Shown here piece by piece: positions 19,226-28,300 of a DNA stretch of 64,000 bases. The stretch lies in the IMG/VR virus record IMGVR_UViG_3300021492_000072; one strand, given 5' to 3'. Position 1 is the stretch's first letter; every line of letters begins with the position of its first letter. This DNA comes from a virus. The translations under genes were made by a program, and so were the position numbers. The notes beneath the pieces were generated by a model. The model had not been told where the DNA came from, ran no database searches, and worked only from the letters and a program-made list of their open reading frames with translations.

Positions 19226-21118
19226 ATGAAGACAACTATAATCACTTTTGATGAACAGAAGGGTGTTTTAATACAGCACTTGCTGCAATGGAAAGACTTC
19301 CCTAAGATAGTAGCGTGCGATGAATCCGATCGAACTTTGTACAGAGAGTTGGGGTGTAAAACAGTTCCACGTGGAATGAACTTCCTTGAAACGTTTAAGC
19401 GCCTAATCTCAGCAGTTAACACCGAGACGTTTACCTTTATCTACCCAGGATGCTTCGTAAATCCTAATTACTTCCTGGAAGCAGCTAACATCTTAAGAGC
19501 ACCTAATGTAGGCTTACTAGCACCAGGTCTGGATGTTGCAGCTGGACCACAAGCGGCTAGCCAACACATTCAGTTCAGACAATCAGTAAGAGTAGCACCA
19601 TGGTGTTTTAGTGGACGTACCTCACAAATTAAGTCGAGCTTAAACACCAAACATCTTTTAACAGGCTTTGATGTAGTCCCCTACATTTGTACTACTCTCG
19701 CCTTAGAAGGCTCGTTTCAAGTTGTATGTTCCAAATATATCCTCCAAGTACCAGTAAGCTTAAAGGATCGTGTAAAAGAAGCTGATTTAGGACATTACTT
19801 ACTAACCCAACCTGTTAAGCCACTCAACCCCGTGCTCGTTTACACAGGACGTGGTAGGGTCCCACCTCATGCAGCGGCGTTATTCTCAAAAGTAATAAAA
19901 GCACCGCTTGAGTCGGTGGAGCAGCCACGTGACGCGTTAGTGTTCGTATTAAACGAGGGAGAGGATTTTGACCCCTCAGTAACTAAAGAGAAGATCAAAA
20001 GATTGTGTACACCTGTTGACCCAGCAACGCTTGCTTACTACGTGTGCGTTGTTGACGTGTGGAATGAGTATAAAGTCGGGAACCTTAATTGGTCCCTCAG
20101 AGCCTTACGGAGTGGTACCCCAAAACTAAACTCCATAATTCAATCGAACCCAGAACTAATCCCTGGAGACGCAAAGCGAACCTCAGGGGTTGTTATTCGC
20201 AGGGGACTAAAGGACCTGCCGAGAGCAACACTAACGGTTCAACCCTTCACCCCTCCTTCTCTCACAATAGCTACTATTATGAAGAACGAGAAGGACCGGC
20301 TCGCGGCTTATTTGAGTTTAACTCTCCCGTTTGCTGACGAAGTATTATTGGTTGATACGGGCTCACGGGACAAGTCGGATAAGCACGCTAGAAAGTTCGG
20401 TGCGAGGGTTATAAACTTCAAGTTCAGAGATCACTTCGCCGAAGCGAGGAATGCGTATTTAAAGGAGTGTAAAACTAAGTGGTTGCTCCACTTAGACATA
20501 GATGAGGTAACGGACTTCAAGAAAGTAATGAACTTAATTTTATCGGACCTCCCATCAGTAGATGGAGTTCAACTTCAGGTGTTGAACGTCATGAAGCGTA
20601 CTCGCTCGTATGTACATCAAGACGCGGTCCGCATCATCAAGAACCCGAACTCGTGGTACTATACAGGAAGAGTTCACGAAACTGTAGAAGAGTGTGCCGC
20701 AAAACACTCTAAATCTTTAATCAGGGCATCTGGGTTAGTCATATATCATTTTGGTTACCTCTCCTCCAATGTCCCTAGCAAGTTAGAGTACTATCGGAAG
20801 CTTAACGAATTACAAATGCAGGAAAACCCATACGACTGCCGACCTTACTTTAACCTTGCCCTACACGAGTTAAATCACCAGGAGTTAACTGATGAACAAA
20901 TTGATAAAGTTATTAGAATGTTGAAGAGAAGTATAGAATTACACAGCACTTTCGTACTTGCGAAATATGAGTTAAGCCGATGTTACTGCTTAAAGGCTCT
21001 CCAACTTATAGAGGATATCATGCAGCTTGCACCTCGTGATCATCCCTTATATAAAGAGGTGAGTGAGGTGTACACCCTCTTGAAGAACTACACACGACGT
21101 ATTATAGTTGAAGAATGA
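19226..21118 (+). CDS. Multi-domain GT2 glycosyltransferase with TPR
   Basis: IMKNE, VDTGSRD, FAEARN, LDIDE, VHE, HFGY; TPR-like helical C-terminus. Confidence 0.85.
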   Translation: MKTTIITFDEQKGVLIQHLLQWKDFPKIVACDESDRTLYRELGCKTVPRGMNFLETFKRLISAVNTETFTFIYPGCFVNPNYFLEAANILRAPNVGLLAPGLDVAAGPQAASQHIQFRQSVRVAPWCFSGRTSQIKSSLNTKHLLTGFDVVPYICTTLALEGSFQVVCSKYILQVPVSLKDRVKEADLGHYLLTQPVKPLNPVLVYTGRGRVPPHAAALFSKVIKAPLESVEQPRDALVFVLNEGEDFDPSVTKEKIKRLCTPVDPATLAYYVCVVDVWNEYKVGNLNWSLRALRSGTPKLNSIIQSNPELIPGDAKRTSGVVIRRGLKDLPRATLTVQPFTPPSLTIATIMKNEKDRLAAYLSLTLPFADEVLLVDTGSRDKSDKHARKFGARVINFKFRDHFAEARNAYLKECKTKWLLHLDIDEVTDFKKVMNLILSDLPSVDGVQLQVLNVMKRTRSYVHQDAVRIIKNPNSWYYTGRVHETVEECAAKHSKSLIRASGLVIYHFGYLSSNVPSKLEYYRKLNELQMQENPYDCRPYFNLALHELNHQELTDEQIDKVIRMLKRSIELHSTFVLAKYELSRCYCLKALQLIEDIMQLAPRDHPLYKEVSEVYTLLKNYTRRIIVEE

Positions 21119-21149
21119 AGAATTTGTTACGTCATAACCCGCTGTTTGA
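21020..21149 (+). repeat. Direct repeat, copy 1
   Basis: 55-bp exact block plus a near-identical block matching 22327-22442. Confidence 0.95.
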
Positions 21150-21191
21150 ATGGTTTGACCTTGCTTAAGAAAGGATGAATAAGAGGGGATG

Positions 21192-22187
21192 TCACCGATT
21201 CCTTTCTCTTCTTCTTCGATAGATCGCGGCAAGAATGGCAGCAACGACACCAATTGTAGCTCCAGCGTACATAAGAGGTTTTCCAAATTTAAGCCCAAGT
21301 TTAGAGATATCTCTCGAGGCATCAAGTATGTCAGACTGGTTTTTTGCCATCCATGAGGCACCTTTTAGCGCTTTTACTGGATCTTGTTTAAACCCCTTTT
21401 TAAAGAGATTAAACATCAGTGCGTTGTCTTTTACCGCAGCATGTGCGGCCCCTGACGCAACACCAATACCAGATAATAATAACCCCGCCCCAGCAGTAAT
21501 CCCACCAAAGTTAACAAGTGATTTCAGTGCGCTTTCACGCCAATCGTGATAAGCATCTACTTTATCCTTTGGAATAAAAACACGCCTACCAGTCTTTGTT
21601 GTAACCCAATATCCTAGTTTACCTTTCCACTCTGTCAGTTTTGCCTTTGTGGGTGTCTTACGTTCCAACGACCTTTTTATCGCTTCTAGCGTTTTAGTTC
21701 CAGCTTCAACTACTTGCTTTACACCATATACAAATTCGCCAAAAATAAGTCCTATTTTCTTATCTACAACAACAAATACTTTAAAAGCCGGATTAGTGGT
21801 GGTAGGATTAAACGCAGTGTTCAAACCTAGACTATACGCTTCAGGAGAAACAATCTGAGGAGGGGGTGATGGTTTCGTTTTACTTATTTCTTTAAGAAAT
21901 TCTTTACATAATTGACTAAAAGCGTTATTAGGCGCTTTACTTCCTAAGGCTACACATTCTGCTACGTTAGATTGCACATAAGCAACATCGCCTAATGATC
22001 TATATTTAGCGGCTAACTTATCAACCGGTCCCGTTTGATACAAAATACTACGTAATTTTGGGTAATACTTTTGAAAAAGTGGTACATGAGTTATGATTAC
22101 AGTCAATGCTATCCCACGTGCTCCAAATCTTGTAGAAATACGAGGACTTACTTTCGACACACCTAAAACTAAACCGTATTTCTTCAT
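21192..22187 (-). CDS. Fusion of the 9567-like domain, the tag and a membrane hairpin
   Basis: MKKYG start aligns with MKKQG; GYWVTTKTGRRVFIP; two hydrophobic helices, ends RRRRE. Confidence 0.75.
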   Translation of the reverse strand: MKKYGLVLGVSKVSPRISTRFGARGIALTVIITHVPLFQKYYPKLRSILYQTGPVDKLAAKYRSLGDVAYVQSNVAECVALGSKAPNNAFSQLCKEFLKEISKTKPSPPPQIVSPEAYSLGLNTAFNPTTTNPAFKVFVVVDKKIGLIFGEFVYGVKQVVEAGTKTLEAIKRSLERKTPTKAKLTEWKGKLGYWVTTKTGRRVFIPKDKVDAYHDWRESALKSLVNFGGITAGAGLLLSGIGVASGAAHAAVKDNALMFNLFKKGFKQDPVKALKGASWMAKNQSDILDASRDISKLGLKFGKPLMYAGATIGVVAAILAAIYRRRRERNR

Positions 22188-22218
22188 TTCTTCATTTACC
22201 CCCTCTTTCTTCATCTCC

Positions 22219-22247
22219 ATCTAAACTCAAGATGTAAAGGGCGTCAA
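22219..22247 (-). promoter_or_regulatory. Sigma70-like promoter of the inserted gene
   Basis: TTGACG-17nt-TTAGAT. Confidence 0.4.
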
Positions 22248-22326
22248 GCCCTGGGTGATCAAAGACATATAGGAGAGGAAGAGACTGAACTTGAAAGTTT
22301 GTAAGTTTCGTCTTATAGAAATCATT

Positions 22327-22442
22327 ATGCAGCTTGCACCTCGTGATCATCCCTTATATAAAGAGGTGAGTGAGGTGTACATTCACACGTCGTATTATAG
22401 TTGAAGAATGAAGAATTTGCTACGACATAACCCATTGTTTGA
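22327..22442 (+). repeat. Direct repeat, copy 2
   Basis: Matches 21020-21149 with an internal deletion of about 14 bp. Confidence 0.95.
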
Positions 22443-23007
22443 GCGACGCTGTCAGGACTTTACCGTTCGACGGTATACACCCTGCATTTCACCTTCCCTC
22501 AAATGTCACAAAAATCGGCCCGTCAACATTTCAGCTATCATTAAACCTAAGTCGCAACTTAGGTTGATCCGCACTGATGTTGGGGATAAAGTGAATTGTA
22601 GTGTAGTAGGAAACACAGTAGAGACGTTAATTTTAGAAACCCAAGTGCCATCTACTACAAGCGCTGAGTACTCCTACTTGGACTACATTCAATGTGACAT
22701 AGATTGCCAAGTAAGCTGCTATGTAAACAGACCTGAGGCGCAACTGCAGTTGGGCACTATAAAAGGTGCTCTTGTTGAAGCCAAAAAGGCGCTAGGAATG
22801 GATGAGCTTGGCAGGCTGGTTTTTATCAACACACAAGTGTTAGTGTGCTTACCCTCTGTGTTTTCGATCATGGCGGGTGATACAGTAGAATCCTCAAGCG
22901 GCGTTTACGAAATTAAGTCGGTGAACCCCGCCTATAACCCGCGTGGTGAACTCGAATTCTTAGAGTGTGATGTAACACAACTGTTCGACCCCGGAGCACG
23001 CTCATGA
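22408..23007 (+). CDS. Putative head closure protein
   Basis: GD.V...G.YEIKSV C-terminal pattern; neck position. Confidence 0.55.
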   Translation: MKNLLRHNPLFERRCQDFTVRRYTPCISPSLKCHKNRPVNISAIIKPKSQLRLIRTDVGDKVNCSVVGNTVETLILETQVPSTTSAEYSYLDYIQCDIDCQVSCYVNRPEAQLQLGTIKGALVEAKKALGMDELGRLVFINTQVLVCLPSVFSIMAGDTVESSSGVYEIKSVNPAYNPRGELEFLECDVTQLFDPGARS

Positions 23008-23384
23008 GACTAACGGTTAGAACAAAAAACCCGACCTACATACAATCTGACTTAGAACAAAGAAAAAAGCGTACAATAGAAGTGATTTACAGCGAGATCC
23101 TGAAGCTCGTGTCAGCCAGGCCTATGAGTAGGGAGGAGCTACGTTTCTCTGGACATCCATATGCGCGTCGGCATGGGCTCAAATACGTTGAACCTGTTGT
23201 ACACTTAAACACAGGGCGCTTGAAGAGCGCAATTAAAGTAAGGCGTGGCGGGGTTGTGTTCGACCTCAGTGATTGTCCTTACATAGAATATGTCCGAAAA
23301 GGTACGCGAACGATGTTACCTCGGTGGTTCGTGAAAGAGGCAATAAAGAACGCGCAACCCGAGTTGAGGAAAATTTGGCGATGA
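23004..23384 (+). CDS. HK97 gp10-like neck protein
   Basis: TGRLKSAI, Y.EYV..GT..M.PR.F. Confidence 0.7.
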   Translation: MRLTVRTKNPTYIQSDLEQRKKRTIEVIYSEILKLVSARPMSREELRFSGHPYARRHGLKYVEPVVHLNTGRLKSAIKVRRGGVVFDLSDCPYIEYVRKGTRTMLPRWFVKEAIKNAQPELRKIWR

Positions 23385-23797
23385 GATACACGGTTGAAGT
23401 GTTGTATTACTTAAAGGAGATCTACGAACGCGCCCTTCAATCCTTAAATCGGGGGTACCAACTAAACCTAGTAAGATCCCCAGTCATCACCACATCGCTC
23501 CCCACCCCACACACCGCTCCTGCTAGCTTTATCAAGTACGAAGTACAAAAGACCTCACTTTATGGGTTCTTTGACCTTAAGGTCGAGTTTGTACTCACTG
23601 TTGCTATAGAACATAATGTAAGTGGTTTCGCAGAAAGGTTCGTTGCTGAAATGAAGCAACGACTCAACGGGCGCCTTTTCACTCCGCACGTCTATTTCGT
23701 GAGAACATCTCTAATGATTGCTGAGTCCTTAAACACATCAGAAAAAACACGGACTTACACACTTACTTGCATATTCCAGGGGTTTGAAAAAGAATGA
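23381..23797 (+). CDS. Putative tail terminator
   Basis: Synteny and size; ATGA coupling. Confidence 0.5.
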   Translation: MRYTVEVLYYLKEIYERALQSLNRGYQLNLVRSPVITTSLPTPHTAPASFIKYEVQKTSLYGFFDLKVEFVLTVAIEHNVSGFAERFVAEMKQRLNGRLFTPHVYFVRTSLMIAESLNTSEKTRTYTLTCIFQGFEKE

Positions 23798-23988
23798 AGC
23801 AAAATCCACAAACATGGCGGTGTGACAAGTGTGGTGCACTTTTAGGTTTCGTTGACCTTCCTGACGTCTTACGAATTAAATACAAAGACGCGTACACCCT
23901 AATAAATGTTGTCACAGGAAAGACCGAAGTAAAAGTCGTCTGTCGAAAGTGTGGCTTCATCAACACCAAGATACTCAAGCTCGCTTGA
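23794..23988 (+). CDS. Mu Com-like zinc-ribbon protein
   Basis: WRCDKCGALLG...VCRKCGFIN. Confidence 0.6.
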   Translation: MKQNPQTWRCDKCGALLGFVDLPDVLRIKYKDAYTLINVVTGKTEVKVVCRKCGFINTKILKLA

Positions 23989-24068
23989 CTTTTAGGTCAC
24001 ACTGGTCCATTCAATGTTAGTCTAGGCGGTGACGCTTAGAAACTAATTTCAAGGAGGTGAAATGTAGT

Positions 24069-24617
24069 ATGAACGTTCCCGAGTACACTACCAAACGTTT
24101 ATCGTTCGGCCCTGGTGTGTTATATCTTGGCGCAGCGGGGGCAACTCCTTCCAGCGATATTGGTGCAGTAAAAACAGGAGCTGTACTAACCATCACTAGA
24201 GACAAGTTAGAAGTGAAACAAGGGTCGCCCGCACAGCTGATCCAGCAGTGGGTTATCAGTGAGTCTGTAAAATTAGAGGTTCATGGGATGGAATGGAACC
24301 TTGAAAACCTGAAGTACGCGATTGGAGCTGGAATCATCAAAACTGTATCGGGTGGCAAGACATTAGAGTTAGGTGGTACTATGAGTATCGAGGAGTGCGC
24401 GCTCGAATTCGTACACCAAATGCCTGCCGGTGGTACGGTCATAGTTGACATTTGGAAAGCACAAGCGGGTGGTGAAATCGCAATCACCTTCGGTGATGAC
24501 CCTCACGAGTTCCCTTATGTGTTTATGGGTTTGAATGCCGCTACTGATTGGGCTGGAAACCCATTAGAGTCAGGAGCACAATTATGTAAAATCACTTTAT
24601 TAGGTGACTTTACTTAA
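24069..24617 (+). CDS. Tail tube (major tail) protein
   Basis: LSFGPGVLY..DIG, typical size, upstream of chaperones and tape measure. Confidence 0.75.
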   Translation: MNVPEYTTKRLSFGPGVLYLGAAGATPSSDIGAVKTGAVLTITRDKLEVKQGSPAQLIQQWVISESVKLEVHGMEWNLENLKYAIGAGIIKTVSGGKTLELGGTMSIEECALEFVHQMPAGGTVIVDIWKAQAGGEIAITFGDDPHEFPYVFMGLNAATDWAGNPLESGAQLCKITLLGDFT

Positions 24618-24656
24618 TAGTAATATAAATCCAAAATGACGCCCAGGAGGTGCAAC

Positions 24657-25061
24657 ATGGGACAAAAACCATTTGAAGAGTATTTAGAGGGTAACAGGAA
24701 AGTTAAGCTCTCTTCCGGTAAGGAGGTAGAAGTACCACCCCTTACTTGGGGAAGAGAGCTTAAGATCTACAAAGCATTAACTGAAGTCCTCAAGAAACTC
24801 GCCGCGCCTGTGGACACTAAAACAGGCGAAGTAACAGCAGTTACTCCTGATCAAATGTACTCGTTTTTGCTGACTTTTGTGGACGAAGCTACTAACATCG
24901 CGGCTCTTGTGTTTGATCAGGACGCTCAATGGGTGACGGAAAACCTCACATCAAGTGATATGACTGAGTTTGTCCTCCCTTTATCACTAAGCATTTTCAA
25001 CAAGCTCAGCAAGGGTATGACGGACGCTTTCAACGCTCTCGCGTCGCTAGAGAAGAAGTAG
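24657..25061 (+). CDS. Tail assembly chaperone (G)
   Basis: Position; slippery site near the 3' end. Confidence 0.75.
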   Translation: MGQKPFEEYLEGNRKVKLSSGKEVEVPPLTWGRELKIYKALTEVLKKLAAPVDTKTGEVTAVTPDQMYSFLLTFVDEATNIAALVFDQDAQWVTENLTSSDMTEFVLPLSLSIFNKLSKGMTDAFNALASLEKK

Positions 25062-25306
25062 AGAAGATAATTGCTGATATTGTTGACTTCTTGTGTTCTG
25101 AATACGGTTGGACACCGGATCAGGTCTTCAACTTGACACGAGCCACAGTTTCCGCTCTATTAGAATCAGCCATGAAAAGGAAGAAGGAGGAGTATAAGTT
25201 TTATGCGAGCTGTGCGGGGGCTAAGTTGCAAGAGGAGATTACTACCTCTGAGGACCTACTACGTCAAGTGAAGCAGTCGGGGATACCGTTTGAGGTGAGG
25301 AAGTAA
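24977..25306 (+). CDS. Tail assembly chaperone T segment, reached by -1 frameshift
   Basis: C CCT TTA in correct phase; -1 frame open into YGWTPDQV.NLT. Confidence 0.7.
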   Translation, partial: PFITKHFQQAQQGYDGRFQRSRVAREEVEKIIADIVDFLCSEYGWTPDQVFNLTRATVSALLESAMKRKKEEYKFYASCAGAKLQEEITTSEDLLRQVKQSGIPFEVRK

Positions 25307-28300
25307 TGCCGGAAGAATACGTTGTTGAAGTAAAACTAGAAAACGAAGAAAGTCTGGCTGACCTTACTCGTGCGTTCAACGAAGTTAACGCTGAATTAAA
25401 CCGCCTCAACGCCTCGCTTACCCGATTTCAAAAGGCAGTGAGTGCACAAAGCAGTGAACTCCAGAAGTCAGTGAAACAGTCTACACAGCTAGCATCGTCA
25501 AGCCGACAGGTTACTAAAGAAGTCGAAAACCAAGCATCAGCTCTGACGTGGGTGAAAAGAGTGTTTATCGGAGTCGCCGGCGCTGTTGCTGCGGTTACCG
25601 TCGCGTATCGACATCACGAAAGGATTCAGAGCATCCTCTACAAGCTCGATCAACGTCGGTATCTCCTCGCGCTGGCACTCGCGAAAGGCCTTACCGAATA
25701 TGGAAAACAACACAGAACTGTTGCGAATATTCTCACGGCATTTGGTGCTACCTTATCGAGTTTGATAAGAACTACCTACAACTACGTGAGTGGATCTTAT
25801 GGGGCAAAGGCGGCTGTTACTTCGTTTGGGAAAACTGTGAAGGCCTCAGCTGCTATTGTGGCTTCTGAATTACGCCGAGCTCCGGTTGATTGGTTAAAGT
25901 TAGTTAAAAACAGCTTCACAGAGTCATCTGGGTTGATTAAGAATTTTTTGGCATCTACCTCTGCGTCAGTAGTTGAGACAACAGGTGTGTTACTCCTCGG
26001 GGTTTCAAAAGGTGTAACTATGTCCTTGAAGATGATTTCAAACCAAGTTCTACCTTCAGTTGCACTGCAGTTTAAAAATGCGTTATCGAGCGCTCAAGTG
26101 CGCTTCGTTGAAGTTGCAAAAAGCTCCTCGGTGTTGAAAGCAGCACTTTTGTCATTAGGAACCTTGGCGAAAAACATGGGAACGCTTTTCGTTAATTTAG
26201 GTTTGGATCTCAGGAATACATTTGAGACAGGTGTTATGGTATCATCTATGTATTTCGATATCTTTGATATTTCACTGAAAAAAACAACTAACTTGGTCAG
26301 AAGTTTTAGCACAACTGTAATGGGGGTTGCTAAAACATTAGCGGCACCACTTGCTGCTCTCGTTACTCCTCTCGTCGACCTTCCAAGCGCGATAAGCCCA
26401 AGCTTTCGGGCAGCAGTGACTCGATTTAAGCAATTTGAGTCCGCAACTTGGGCTCTGGCCCGAACTACTTATGAAGCTTCAAGAGAGTCATCCTCCGCAC
26501 TGAGGAGCTTTGCTGCCGCATCTAAGGTCTACTTAACTGAACACTTGGCTGTTGTGAAGGACACTTTAGCTACGTCAGCGAAAAGCTTTAAAATTTGGTT
26601 AAGTTCGTTAGGGATTGGTAAAAGAGAAGTCCCCCTATTGTTGAAACCCTTCACTCTACTACTTGGTTCTTTAGCTATTATGTCTGGGAGGTTGCTAAAG
26701 CTTGTACCGTCGTTCAGGAACTTTGGGAATGTTGTGGAGAGCGCTGGGTGGGCTCTGAACAGAGCAAGTTCGTTCACGCGTGTCTATGGTTCTGTCGTGA
26801 CCAATCTTGATCGTGGGTTGACTGAAGTAACAGGAACTACTAAGTCTGTAACGAGGAGTTTTGGTGACGTAACAGCTGCGACTATCAAACAAAAAGTGGG
26901 TGTTATGGGTTTACTTGGTAGCCTTGGTGAGTTGGTGGCCCACTACTTTTTGGTATATCAATGGCATCTAACCATTGCTCATGCGCTCGAAGGACTCGCT
27001 CACCTTCTAGTACATGTTGGACAAACCTGGGTTGCGTCGCTTCATCATGCGTTTGAAGTTAGTGTTGAATTCCTCCGCACCGAGTTAGATTTAATCCGTG
27101 CGACTCAACGGTACCAGGAACTCACCAAAGACATGTCTAGATCAACAAAAGAATGGGTCGATTGGGCAGACAAGCTCGCCATCTCCCTCGGCAAGGATAT
27201 TGCTCCAATGAGACGTGTCACTGGTGTACTGCTCGACTACGCTGCCGTGTATGGTTTAACCAGAAGTGAAACTGAACGTTTCATAAAGTTGATGATCGAT
27301 GTGTCTACTTATCTAGGGACTGATGTATTCATGGCAATGCGGCACGTTCGTGGCGCCCTAGCTGGACTCAGTTTGTCTGCTATGTATTTAGGTATCCAAG
27401 TAGAAGCACTGAAGGAGAGGGCTAAACATTACGAAGAGCAATTACGAAAAACAGGTGTAGCAGCGGGTGTTGACATAAAGCAGAAGGCTATGCTGTTAGC
27501 GTTGATGGATGAACTGAACTTTGTACAAGGAATGACTAACAAGTTAATGGATACTGGGTATGGTGCTGTTCATAGATACAGAGTTGCCCAACAGGCACTC
27601 GCGAACGCGATTGGTGAAGCCGCCTCACCTGCGATGAGTTCCCTGTACAACATGATGACAAGAGCCATTGAAGGTGTGTTTGGGTTAGGTAGTGGATTTA
27701 TGAGGGCGTATGTTGGTGTGAAAGCCTTCTTAGGTGTCGCGTTTCAAGTTGTAGGTACTGCAGCAGTTATGGCTGCTAAAGTATTGGTCCTGATGGAAAC
27801 CCTACGCATGCTAGAAATAGTTCTCACGTTTGTCAATAAATCTCTCTACACCCTACCAATAGCGTCTGTTCCATTCTTACGTTCAATCATACGAATGGAG
27901 GGTGAAACAGTTAAATTCAAAAACCTTTGGGTTGTTGCTGGCAACACAATACGCTTTGTAGCCCGTTTAGTGGTCGGTGAGATAAAGGGCCTTGTAACTA
28001 GTGGGACCGCAATGTTGGCCCAACTTACAACCAAGGCCATTAGTACTATGAAAGCGTTCCTAACTGTAAAGTTTCCTACGTTCGCAGTTGCAGCTCTCTA
28101 TGGTGAACGTTTCACTCGTACCATCGCTGCACAAAGAACAGTTGCTGCAAGACTGACCGAAACGTTAAAGGCAGTAGGAAGAGCTAATCTTGAGACTGGT
28201 ACACACATGGTTGCGTGTGCAACAAGTGCTATATGGCTTAAAAGTAACATAGCCTCCTGCATCACAAAGCTCCAAGACTTCGGGAAAGCATCAGAACGTG

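Noticed and set aside
21192-22187. Insertion sequence or transposon
   Set aside because: No transposase or terminal inverted repeats; the flanking repeat is far longer than a target-site duplication.
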